DNA of 64,000 nucleotides, taken from the human T2T-CHM13v2.0 reference genome, Homo sapiens. Made by a program: the position numbers and the translations under genes. Position 1 is the stretch's first letter; each line of letters starts with the position of its first letter. Shown in pieces: positions 1 through 15,088 of this stretch. Location: the NCBI RefSeq assembly GCF_009914755.1, contig NC_060933.1; one strand, given 5' to 3'. The notes below the pieces were generated by a model. That model was not told the DNA's origin and searched no databases. It saw only the letters and a list, made by a program, of their open reading frames with translations.

Positions 1-105
1 TACATCCGCAATGACCCTGTTTCTAAATAAGTTCATATTCAGAGGTACTAGAGGTTAGGACTTCAATCTGTGAATTTGGGGAGGAGCATAATTCAACCAT
101 AACAT
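1..105 (-). mobile_element. MLT1 (MaLR) LTR end fragment
   Basis: 'gttaggacttcaa...gaatttgggg...aattcaaccataaca' is the reverse complement of a typical MLT1 5' end. Confidence 0.65.
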
Positions 106-454
106 CTTGCATCCTCAACAATAGGCACTAGGGACGCTCGAGTTTGGTGCGGGTCATGTTAGGCCAAAGGCAACAAGTCCCCCACTGCAGCTTGGTTGCA
201 TAGACATGTCCCAGCAATGGCAGCCACATCAAGTGTAGCATGGACTGTCCCCTACAGTCACAGCCTGAGCTGCTGGATGACAGGCATTGTGGGGAAGTGG
301 AGACAATGGAAGGAAAAACAGAGGCTGAAGCAGAGGAACTAAAAGAGGAAGCTGGAGAAATTGCTGCTGCCAATGACATCCCAAAATTTCTATATCCAGG
401 AGCTTAGGGGCACCATCAATATGGTTGACAGGGGAGACTGGGAAACTTTTCCTG

Positions 455-782
455 TTTCTTTTTTTTATTTTAAAAATATGTTTAGTTTTCTTGGAGACAG
501 GGTCTTGCTCTGTCACCCAGACTGGAGTGCAATGGTGTGATCAGAGCTCACTGTAGCCTTTAACTTCTAGGCTGAAGCAATCCTCCTGCCTCAGTCTCCT
601 GAGTAACTCGGACTACAGACACTCAGCACCAAGCCCAGCTAACATTTTTATTCTTATTTTTTGTAGAGCCAGAGGTCTCACTGTGTTACCCAGGCTGTTC
701 TAGAACTCCTGGCCTCAAGTAATTCTCCTGCTCTAGCCTTCCAAAGTGCTGAGATTACAGGTGTGAGCCACCACACCTGGCC
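455..782 (-). mobile_element. AluJ-like
   Basis: Reverse dimeric Alu, highly diverged. Confidence 0.9.
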
Positions 783-1574
783 CTTTTCTTGTTTCTAAGT
801 GTTGACTTAGCCAGGCTGCCATCATTCTCATGTAGCTCATATCAATATTTGGATGGTTGTGGGGGGATTGATACAACTGTGGGGGTGACTGAAGCATGCC
901 TCTCCCCTCACCACACCTTGACTCTGCTATTTGTGGCTGACCAGTGGTGATGATGACGACAATGATAATTATGACATTGTCTCTATAGCATGCAGCATAG
1001 TTCCTGGCACACATGAGACACTTAGTGAATATTGGTTGAATGAATAGCTTGAAAGGGCTAAAGCCTCACTTAAGACCAAGCATGTTTGCTTCCTGGGAGA
1101 AACATTACAAACAAATTAAAGTCAGATGGCATGTCTGGAATGCATTTACTTGGCAAAAAAGAATCTATTCCAGAAGATTTGGCTTGGCTCTGGGATGTTT
1201 TGTATAACCTTAAGTTAGAAATGAATATTTAAAATGAGACTCAGTAAATAAGGCTAAATATAGGACTAACACATACAGACTCTTGAAACTTTATCACTAA
1301 TGAAAGCTGCCTTTGTCACCCATTCCCAGTGGAAAATGTTTGTATCAGAAGCTGAAGAAGAGATGTTCTCAGGACCCAATACCTTTGAGATGACTCTAAT
1401 CCTACACTAGGGTCACATAATTTGTGGGTCCACTAATCATAATAGCACCTCACATTTGATTGGGCCTTTCTGGTGCACAGAATGAACTTCATTGTATGCA
1501 CTCATGAGGTGCACATTTTACCCTCTGCTGAAGGAAGGGCGAAGATCATCATCTCAATTTCGCAACCTTAGTAA

Positions 1575-2061
<487 letters not shown>

Positions 2062-3284
2062 ATTCTGCTTTTCTTGTACTCTTATTTTCCCTCTGCATTG
2101 TGGACCTCTTTATGTCCACTCCAGCACCAGCCCACAGTGAGACAAAACTCTTTGTCTAAGGAACCGCATTCTTCAGTCAGTTACAAAAATCAGGAACATT
2201 CAGTAAGGGGTAGTGATGGGTGGTATATTTTTATTAGAGTTCATAGATAATAGCAAAGGATACACATGTAAATTTTATGCAGCAGATAATTTAAAGAGAA
2301 GATTAGATAGTCCCCATTGTCTGTAAGTCACCCCAGTCTTCTGTGTCTGGCCATGTTGCTATGTCCTATATTACTCTCCTCTCTCATGCCCTTCTCTTCT
2401 CTCTTCTGATTTCTCCACCACAAATTATTGTTTACTTACAAAAAGCACTTGAATTATCTTATTGTGTTCTCCATTCAACCTTTCTATTCTGGAGCCTCCC
2501 TCCATGCTGCTATCCAATGACTTATCAAGGTTCTTCCTACACAGTCTATTTTTTCCCTAAAAGGGACTTTGGTTCCACCTGGTAAAATAAGTTTTATTCC
2601 TTTCCTTTTATCTCAAATTCTCATGACAATTATGTAAGGTAGATATGTTTAAATACTTCCGTTTTTGCTGTTCTTCACAAAGAAAGCAGTAACATGTATT
2701 GTTAATTCCAAGTAAAGATGGATTACAAAAAATATGAATAGCAAAACAGGAAAAACAATTTATAGGATACAATATGGAAATGGTGAAAATGGTAAAAGAA
2801 GAAGGCTTAGGAAAAGTTATTGTTTTCTTTAGGAGGAAGATATGAAACTTTCCAACACTTAGACATTGAGAGAAAATAATAGTTAAATATATGGGCTAAG
2901 TTTTAAGATAAAACACTAGACAAAGTAGAAGTATAATTTATAACTTCAAATAATTGGGGAAAGGGGGAAGGTGTGAGAAAACAGCCACAAACATCCTCAA
3001 CATAATAAAAGCCATATATTACAGATCCACAGCTATTAACATGCTGAAGGGGGAAAAACTGAAAGCCTTTCCTCCAAGATCTGGAATACGACAAGGATGA
3101 CCACTTTCACCATTGCTATTCAACATAGTACTGGAAGTCCCAGCTAAAGCAATCAGATAAGAGAAAGAAATAAAGGAAATCCAAATTAGAAATGAAGGAG
3201 TCAAATTATCTTTGTTTGCAGATGATATGATCTTATTATATATTCAGCAGAACCTGAAGACTCCACCATAAAACTGCTAGAGCT

Positions 3285-3372
3285 GTGAGCCGAGATCCCG
3301 CCACTGCACTCCAGCCTGGGCGACAGAGCGAGACTCCGTCTCAAAAAAAAACAAAAAACAAAACAAAACAAA
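3285..3372 (+). mobile_element. 5'-truncated young Alu (AluYa5-like 3' end) inside L1
   Basis: gtgagccgagatcccgccactgcactccagcctgggcgacagagcgagactccgtctc plus A-rich tail, flanked by an imperfect 15-bp TSD. Confidence 0.85.
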
Positions 3373-4047
3373 AAACCGCTAAAGCTTATAAACAAATTCA
3401 ATGAAGTTGCAGGATACAAAATCAACATACAAAACTCAGTAGCATTTCTATATGCCAACAGTGAACAATCTGAAAAAGAAGTTTAAAAACTAATCTCAAT
3501 AGCACAAATAAAATTAAATGCCTAGGAATTAACCACAGAAGTGAACGAAGATCTCTATAAAGAAAACTATAAAACACTGATGAAAGAAATTGAAGAGGAC
3601 ACAAAAAAGTGGAAAGATATTCCTTCTTCACGGATTGGAAGAATCAATATTAAAATGTCCTTACTATCCAAAGCAATCTACAGATTCAATGAAATCCCTT
3701 TCAAAATACCAATGGCATTCTTCACAGAAAAAAAAAAAAATCCTGAAATTTATATGGAGCCACAAAAGACCCAGAATAGCGAAAACTATCCTAAGCAGAA
3801 GGAACAAACCTGGAGGAATCACATTACCTGATTTCAAATTATGCTATAGAGCTATAATAACCAAAATCACATGGCACTGGTATAAAAACAGACACATAGA
3901 CCAATGGAACAAAATAAAGAACCCAGAAACAAATCCACACACCTCATTTTCAACAGAGGTGCCAAGAACATACATTGGAGAAAAGACAGTCTCTTAAATA
4001 AATTTTGCTGGGAAAACTGGATATGCATATGCAGAAGAATGAAATGA

Positions 4048-4345
4048 GGTTGGGCACAGTGGCTCACACCTGTAATCCTAGCACGTTGGGAGGCTGATGC
4101 CGGTGGATCATTTGAGGTCAGGAGTTTGAGACCAGCCTGGCCAATATGGTGAAACTCTGTCTCTACAAAAAAATACAAAAATTAGCAAGGCATGGTAGTA
4201 GGTACCTGTAATCCCAGCTACTCAGGAGGCTGAGGCTCGAGAATCACTTGAACCCAGGAGGCAGAGGTTGAAGTGAGCCGAGATCACACCACTTGCACTG
4301 TAGCCTCAGTGACAGAGTGAGACTCTGACTCCAAAAAAAAAACCA
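4048..4345 (+). mobile_element. AluS inside L1
   Basis: Full-length dimeric Alu with A tail. Confidence 0.92.
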
Positions 4346-4577
4346 ATTAATTAAAAAAAGAAAACTAGACCCCTATCTCTTACCATATACAAAAATCAAA
4401 TAAATGGATTTAAGACTTAAATCTAAGATCTCAAACTATGAAACTATTGCAAGAAATCATTGGGGAAACTCTCCAGGACATTGGTCTGGGCAAAAATGTC
4501 TTAAGTAATATCCCACAGGCACAAGCAACCAAAGCAAACATGAACAACTGGAATCATATCAAGTTAAAAAAGTTTCT

Positions 4578-4917
<340 letters not shown>

Positions 4918-6334
4918 TCAAGAAAGTGAAGAGACAACACACAGACAGGGAGAAAATATTCGCAAACTACTCATCTGTCAAGGGATTAATAACCAGAAGT
5001 TTTAAGGAACTCAAACAACTCTGTAGGAAAAAACCTAATAATCAAAAAAATGGGCAAAAGATTTAAATAGACCTTTCTCAAAAGAAGATATACAAATGGC
5101 AAACAGGCATATGAAAAGATACTCAACATGATTGATCATCAAAGAAATGCAAATCAAACTATAATGAGATATCATCCCACCCCAGTTAAACTGGCTTATA
5201 TGCAAAAGACAGGCCATAACAAATGCTGGTGAGGATGTGGAGAAAATGGAACCCTCACACACTGTTGGAGGGTATGTAAATTAGTACAACCACTATGGAG
5301 AACAGTTCAGAGGTTCCTCAAAAAACTAAAAATAGAGCTACCATTTGATCTAGAAATCCTACTGAATGATATATACCCAAAATAAAGGAAATCAGTATAT
5401 TGAAGAGATATCTGCACTCCCACGTTTGTTGTAGCACTATTCACAATAGTTAAGATTTGGAAGCAACCTAAGTGTCATCATCAGATGAATGGGTAAAGAG
5501 AATGTGGTGCATATACACAATGGAGTACTATTCAGCCATAAAAAAGAATGATATCCAGTAATTTACAATAACATGGATGGAACTGGAGGTCATTATGGTA
5601 AGCGAAATAATCCAGGCACAGAAAGGCAAATATTATATGTTCTCATTTATTTGTGGGATCTAAAAATCAAAATAATTGAACTCTTGAAGATATAGGGTAG
5701 AAGGATGGTTATAAGAAACAGAGAAGGGTAGTGGGAGGGGACCAGGGGAGAAGGGGATGGTTAATACGTATAAAAAAAGTTAGAAAAAAATGATTAAGAT
5801 CGAGTATTTGATAGCACAACAGGATGACTATAGCCAATAATAATTTCACTGTACATTTAAAAATAACTAAAAGAGTATAATTGGATTGTTTGTAACACAA
5901 GGGATAACTTTTCCATGATGTGATTATTATGTATTGCATGCCTACAGCGAGACTCTGCTGTCTCAAAAAAAAAAAAAAACTCATGTGCCCTATAAATATA
6001 TACACCTACTATGTACCCACAAAAATTAAATTTAAAAATTAATAAAACAGCAACAAGCATACATAGTCTGTCCAACAAAGGCTATCAATGGGAGATTTTT
6101 GAGAAAAAAAAACCATGAAAGCATGGCAAATTTAAAACATAAAGTAAAATGGTGAGAATGTATCAAAACAAACCAGTAACCAATAAATATAAATAGTTTT
6201 TGAATTGCTATGAAGAAATAAAAAGCTCCATTGGATTTAAAAAAATGGTACCAATCAATCAAACAAAATTCATACTAACCAACTATGTGCTCATTACAAG
6301 ACCTAAATTACAAGAAGATAAATGGATTGACAAG

Positions 6335-6690
6335 CGATTATGGTTTGGCTCTGTGTACCCACCCAAATCTCATCGTGTACTCCCATAATTCTCACATGTT
6401 GTGGGAGGCACCCAGCGGGCAATGATTGAATCATGGGGACGGGTGTTTCCCGTATTGTTCTCATGATAGTGAATAAGTCTCACAAGATCTGATGGTTTTA
6501 AAAATGGGAGTTTCCCTGCACAAGCTCTCTCTTCTCTTGTCTGCTGCTATGTGAGACATGCCTTTTACCTTCTGCCATGATTGTGAGGCTTCCCCAGCCA
6601 CATGGAACTGTAAGTCAATTAAACCTTTCTTTTTTAAATTGCCCAGTCTTGGGTATGTCTTTATCAGCAGCATGAAAATGGACTAATATA
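6335..6690 (+). mobile_element. THE1 solo LTR (MaLR)
   Basis: 'tatggtttggctctgtgt...cacccaaatctcatc' through 'atggactaatata'. Confidence 0.88.
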
Positions 6691-6991
6691 AAGAGGAAGA
6701 TATTTAAAAAGCTACCACTCCCTAAAGTGGTATTAGAGGGATTGTGAGTATGATGACACAACTTATAAAGTAGAATGTACTTTTTAATTTTAATTTAAAT
6801 ATATAGAAAAGCTCAAAAGGTTACATGTAAATGTACTTAGATTATCTATAGGTGTTATCATTATGGGTGGCTTTTAGTGTCTTATTTTTCATTAACTGCA
6901 TCTTTAAAATTTTTAATGTGTGCGTGTTACTCTCTACAAAGAAAAAGCAAAATGAAGTTTCTTCAAAAAACAGTTAACAAAATAAAAGTAG

Positions 6992-7308
<317 letters not shown>

Positions 7309-8112
7309 TGATGTGACATTCTTACACAAAATAAAATTAAAGGTAAACATTATTAAAAGGGCAAAATTAAGGTTCATATTGTTAAAAAATATATTCCTCC
7401 ATAAAGATAAAAGTCGTGTACCTAAATGCATTTAACACTATACCTTCAAAATATATACATAAAATCTGACAGAAATAAGAGGAAAAACTGATGGATCCAT
7501 AGTGTGACAGGAAATATTAACATATCTCCTAAAGAAAATAACAGAAAAAGACATACAGAGAATTAAGATAAGTAAATTGATACACTGTTGTAAAGAAGAA
7601 CTCAGACAAAATCAGAGATTACACATTTCTTTTTAATGCACCTAATATAAATTTAACATTTTATCATATTAACAGCCATACATTAAATAGCATGAAGTTG
7701 CATACAGCAGAAGTTATTAGGCTGTGTTCGTTAATCAAAAATGCTGTAAAACGAGAAAATAATACCTACAAAATTATAACATAGATAATTCTGAGGCTAA
7801 AGAGACAATCAAAATAGGAAGTACGTACTCTTTGCAAATAAATTATAATAAGGAAATAGCACATCAAAACCTGTAACCCAAAAGTTGCACAAAGGAAAAG
7901 TAACATTTAGAAATGAACTTGTTAGAGCACATGAAAAAATGAAAATAAATAAGCTAAACATTTAGCTGAGGAACCCAGGAAAATAACAGAAACATAAAGT
8001 AGAAAAATGCAATCAAGAATGGTACAGCAGAAATTATTAAGATAAGAAACAACCAATCATAGAATACATTTGATAGATGAAACTAAAAACTTGCTATTTG
8101 AAAGGACCAATA

Positions 8113-8410
8113 GGCTGGACACGGTGGCTCATGCCTGTAATCCCAGTCCTTTGGGAGGCCAAAGCGGGCAGATCATTTGCAGTCAGTTCAAGACCAGCCC
8201 GGCCAATATGGTGAAACCCCGTCTCTACTAAAATTACAAAAAAATTAGTTGGTAATGATGGTGAGCACCTGTAATCCCAGCTACTCAGGAGTCTGGGGCA
8301 AGAGAATCGCTTGAACCCAGGAGGCGGAGGTTGCAGTGAGCTGAGATTGTGCCACTGCACTCCAGCCCGGGCCTCACAGCGAGACTCTGTCTCAAAAAAA
8401 AGAAAAGAAA
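8113..8410 (+). mobile_element. AluS
   Basis: Full-length Alu; TSD gaaaggaccaata / gaaaagaccaata. Confidence 0.92.
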
Positions 8411-8617
8411 AGACCAATAATACAAGCAAAACTTCCAAAGAAAGAAGGCACATAGAAGCTTAAAAAAGAAGGAAGATATAAACACAGGATCAGAAAATGT
8501 TAAAAACTGAAAGAGAATATCTTCCACAATGTAACATTAATATATTGGAAACCTAGATAAAGTGATTTTATTTTATCTATATGAAAATATAGATCACCAA
8601 CAATAGCTCAAGAATAG

Positions 8618-8923
8618 GGCTAGGTGCAGTGGCTCACACCTGTAATGCTAGCATTTTGGGAGGCCGAGGTGGGAGGATAGCTTGAAGTTTGAGACCAACC
8701 TGGCCAACATAGTGAGACTTCATCTCAACTAAAAATAAAAAAAATTGGCCAGGCATGGCAGCACGTGCCTGAGGTTCTAGCTACTCAGGAGACTGAGGCA
8801 GGAGGATCTCTTGAGCCTGGGAGATGGAAGCTGCAGTAAGCTGTGATTGAGTCACTGCATTCCAGCCTGCAGGGCACAGCAAGACCATGCCTCAAAAAGA
8901 AGAAGAAAAAAAAAGAAACAAAA
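8618..8923 (+). mobile_element. AluJ-like
   Basis: Diverged full-length Alu; TSD aagaatag. Confidence 0.88.
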
Positions 8924-9179
8924 AGAATAGAATTTCACAATAGACCAATAAACAAAAAATAAACTGAAAAGAAAATTCTTTAACTTGACAAAGCATAAAC
9001 TAGAAACCTATACCCAGCATCATAATAAAAAACATTACAAATGCCATCCCTGAAGTCAGCATGCAAGAATAGCCATTATCATACCCTCCTATTTAAGTGG
9101 AAATCCTAGCTACAACAATAAGACATGAAAAGTAATTATGTGACATAAATATTATATATATTAAAAAGTAAAAATATAT

Positions 9180-10080
9180 CAGCCATTTTTAAAGTGTAGT
9201 GTATAGATTTCTGGAGGATTCCTAAGCTTCTTTCAGGGAGGCCATGGGGTCAAATAATCCCAAAGCTCAATTTTCCTTTTGCACTGTTGACATCTATTTG
9301 CACTGATGGAGCAAAAAACAATGGTGGGTTAAACTCATTGTGAATTAGCACAAAGGCAATTGCACCACACTGTACCAGTATTCTTCCCTGCTATGTATTT
9401 GCACAAAATATTGACTCTTTCACCTAAGAATAACCTCAATAAAGTAGTAACAATTTTATCTGATCTCAACCCTTGAGTATACATCTTTTTAACATGCTGA
9501 TGATTAAATGGGAAGTATGGATTAAATGTTTTTCTTAAGAAAAAAGCTTGTGGTTGAGTTACAAATAGAATTAGCCACTTTTTTTTTTTTCATGGAACAC
9601 CATTTTTACGTGAAGAGACTGCAAAAACGTAACTGTAAGGGAAATTAAGTTTTTCAGACTTGGATATTTGACAAATATTTATTAAAAACAAACACAATTT
9701 AAGGAAAATAACAGAATTTGTTGTCAATAGTAAAAATGTGGTATTCATGTAAAAATTAGAACTTCAGAAAAAACTTTTATCCTATACTGTGAGATTGACA
9801 TTTTTCAACAAAGAATTATATGATGGAATCAGTGGGGATATTAACAAATGTGATTTATTTACTATTATGAGATTAAATGTGTCAACACTTGGAAAATCTT
9901 CATAATTCAGTGACAAATATCTTTCAAAAGATTGAGGCATGATGTTACAAAATGATGCATGAATGAATGATCCATTAAAAGTGCAAGATAGAATAATAGA
10001 ATTTAATGTAACAGATTATGAAATGTTTATTGATATGGTTTCAGAGTCTACCTTATAATTAAACTTTTAAAGTTTACCAT
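9180..10080. mobile_element. Charlie1-type hAT DNA transposon fragment
   Basis: 'ttgcactgatggagcaaaaaacaatggtgggttaaact', 'gatccattaaaagtgcaagataga' and 'tttattgatatggtttcagagtctacc' resemble the Charlie1 consensus as recalled. Confidence 0.7.
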
Positions 10081-10222
10081 TTCCTAGATAGAAAACATTA
10101 TTATATTTATGTCTAGGAAATCAAAGAGAGTCTACTGCCAATAGTTAGAACTCATAAGAGTTCAGCCAAGTATTTAGACACAACATCAATGTATAAAAAC
10201 CAATAGTTTCCTATGTACTCAA

Positions 10223-10515
<293 letters not shown>

Positions 10516-11014
10516 CTAGCAGAAACTACAAAATACCTAGGAATAAATCTAAGAAGAAATAAACAAGACCTGAATTTTAAAAAGATACAAAACCTTCAGC
10601 AAGACCTGTTTATAGATAACTATAATATTTATCTAACTGGAAAGATGGAAAGATTCACTGTTATCAAGCTGGAATTGGATGGATCTGTAAATCCCATTCA
10701 ATTCCAATCAAAATCTCAACAAAAGCTTTTTAAAATAAACTTCACAAGCTAATTCTAAAACTCACCTGGAAGGCAAACAATGCAGGATTATGTGAAATGT
10801 TTTGATATAGAAGCAGGTCCTACTAGAAACCAAATCAATGCAAGTGTTTGGTGAATAAAATAGTAGATCGGTATTTCAGGTCTTTTCTGGCTTTTTGGCT
10901 TTAAAGTTCTATAAATTCTGAAAACCAAAACAATGAACTGCTTTCTTACTACTCTTTCTTCCTATCATGCCAACAAAAGATGTGGGAACAGAACCCAGGG
11001 AAAATGATCCATTG

Positions 11015-11865
<851 letters not shown>

Positions 11866-12569
11866 TAAAATCATGAATCTCCTGGCAGTAACCTAAATAT
11901 TGGCAGGTTTTTTTTCCTCTTGTTTTGCCTTAAAATACTATTGGTTTCAATAGGCTGGATTTTGTGAAATAGAGAAAAATCAGGAGACAGTGAGCAAGGA
12001 CCCCCTTTGGCAATTTACATGAAATATGAGTCTATGTGTTTCTAGAACTTACTCATAATTATTTTTAAAATAATATGCAATGTGAAATGTTATGATCAAT
12101 TTAGTTACTATAAATAACTTGTCCTTCTAGAATATAACAGTATGTTTTCATTTTAGTACATGTCAAGAATCAGGGCATAATTTAGCCCCTGAAAGTGCCA
12201 TAACAATTTTTGGCTTAGCCCTTCTATCAGAACTTCCCTAAAATAAGACAGCTGTACTTTCATACACTTTTTAAATATACTGAAATATTATAGGACTGAA
12301 GTCTTCCACTCATAAAACACATTTTTAAAAACCCAGAAGATTAATATGAGAGCTAATATTTTCCCACAAATATCTGTAAGGCACAAACATATTTTGAGAA
12401 AGAGAAGATAAACAAAATGGTTAATGAACAGATGTAGAGAGAAAAAAAAAAGAAAGGTGCAATCATTCTTTAGTAGAGGAAGAATGGGCTTGTTACAGAA
12501 GACAAGAGAGGGGGGTTCCAAAAAGCAGGTTTCTAGTGTTGACCCACACTCATAGATAGCAGGAAAGTT

Positions 12570-12665
12570 CACTCTTTGGTTCACTGTTGTATCCCTAGAG
12601 CCCAGCATGGTGCTTAGCCCATAGTAAGTGGTGCTCAATAAATTTTGATTGAATGAATGAGTAAA
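12570..12665 (+). mobile_element. L2 3' end
   Basis: 'ttcactgttgtatccctagagcccagc...gtgctcaataaattttgattgaatgaatga'. Confidence 0.75.
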
Positions 12666-13094
12666 CAATTTATCAAGTCTTCTCACTCTAACACTTTTGT
12701 GTTATGATTTATTTTCATACATCATATATTTTTCAAATAGAACAGTTTCAGAGTTTGTGTTATTTTATGAATACAAACTTCTTCATGAATCCAAAGTCTA
12801 CTAAACAAATAAGGGAAAAAGAGGGCCCGTTCCTCCAAAGTATAGGTAATGGTTGTCAGGGGCAGGTTAGCACCAACAGGGACTGAATCCACATTCTGTT
12901 GTTTCTTCTTCATGGTTCTGAATAATATTTTAAAAACATTTTCATTGTGAAAGCAGGATAATATATATTCATTGATGAAATTTAGAGAACATTTAAATCT
13001 GTAAGGAAGAAAATAATAACGACTCACAATTACATCATTGACTGCTAACATTAAGACACATTTCCTCTCATAGACAGATGATTAGAAAAAGTCA

Positions 13095-13425
<331 letters not shown>

Positions 13426-14699
13426 TTATTTGAATTTTGCCCAATATTTCAAATGTTCTTGGGTTCTTTGGGCTTTTAACATTTTGAGAATCAGTAAGGT
13501 ATTAAAGTTATAATCACAACCTCTTGATGCAAAGAGACCTAGATTTTATATTCACCAGCTTTCCCACTGAATGACTATGGTCAAGTCATTTAAGCATCTG
13601 CTCCCTCATTTTTACAGTGGTTGTGATAACAAAAATAACAATAAAAATAACAATTATTATTCATAAAGATGTAGTAATGTTGAAATAATGTGATACATGT
13701 TATGTGCTCGGCATTGTCATGGTAAATAATAATCACTTAATAATGTGAACAATCATTGATTATTATTATTATTTGAATATAATTGTGTAACTTGGTCATT
13801 TTAATTTTCCTGGAATTAGTTGTAATTACAATTATGATTACTATTATTGTTAAAATGAATAATATTTTGATCAGTTACGTTTTCTTAGAAATTCAGTGAA
13901 TTCATCTTGCTTTCTAAGCTTTGCTTATAGTATTGCTCTCTTAAGCATTTTAATATTTAAGTGTACGTGCCCAGAAATGTTATTATTATTCCGTGTTCCT
14001 GCTTTCCTCAGACACCTCTCACTTTCTTTCATCCCTGCTAGGAGTACTCTCTGGGCACCCCTTCCTCTTCCCACTGCACGTCTTTCTCCCTCAGTTTTCA
14101 CAATGACCACTATGCAAGGCTGACTTCTGCCTGAACTTTAGGCCTGTAGCTGGTTTCCTGCAGTGCACCACCAACAGGGCATCCCGTATGTCCTCACACA
14201 TCACTTGCTCTCCCACCTTTCTTCCTCTAGGATCAAAGGTGACATCATCCACTGGTTACCTGAGCCAGAAACCCAGCAGTCATTTTGGCCTCTTCCCTCC
14301 CTGAATGCCCCATATTTGACCAATTATGGTGTCTTGAACCTGACTTCTTCCTCCCCTTCACTGACACTCCTTGAGTTCCAACCCTGGCCTTTGTTCACTG
14401 GACCCTGCAGTAGCCTCTGAACTGTTCTCTCATCTCTGGGCTTTTTCCCTTACAGCTAACATATGCTCTGTGCAAAAAAGTGAACTTTTGAGCTTTCAGC
14501 TGGGAACACCCAAGGATTCCCAATCTTTCTCATTGTGTAGGGTAAAGTCTATGCCTAGCATGTCCTTCAAGGCTTCGATGACTTGGCATGAACAATTCTT
14601 TCAGGCCCCTGCTACTCTCTACTTTGGTGGGAACAGGTGGTCTCATGCATAGCACCATGCTGATTCATCCCTGTATGCCTTTGGTCACGCTGTTCTCCC

Positions 14700-15088
14700 T
14701 GTTAAATCAAGTTTAGCCTAATGCTGTCTCCTTACATATTTTAAGTTCAGCCTAAAGGTTTCCCTGTACCATAACAAGTGGAGATGTGAACAGACCGTAA
14801 CCTACTCTTGTGCCAATCACCAAGTTTCGGCCAATCCAGTATAGCCAACTGTTTGAACCGTGTGTAAATAAGGCAAACACTGAGCTGTAACCAATCCAGC
14901 TGTTTCTGTCCCTCACTTCCATTTTCTGTATGTCACTGTCCTTTTTCTGTCTATAAATCTTCTTCCAGCACGTGGCTGCGCTGGAGTACCCCAATCTACT
15001 GTGGCTCAGGAGGCTGACCAATTTGCAAAGCGTTCTTTGCTTAATTAAACTCTTACATTTAATGCAACTGAAGTTTTCTCTTTTATTA
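14700..15088 (+). mobile_element. MER57-family ERV1 solo LTR inserted into an L2 relic
   Basis: 'tgttaaatcaagtttagcctaa...ccttacatattttaagttcagcctaaagg', three CCAAT boxes, TATAAA at ~14952 and ATTAAA; flanks (~14150-14700, ~15090-15330) look like L2. Confidence 0.75.

Noticed and set aside
3541-3997. ORFs resembling reverse-transcriptase-region protein
   Set aside because: Frameshifted fragments of a dead L1 ORF2.
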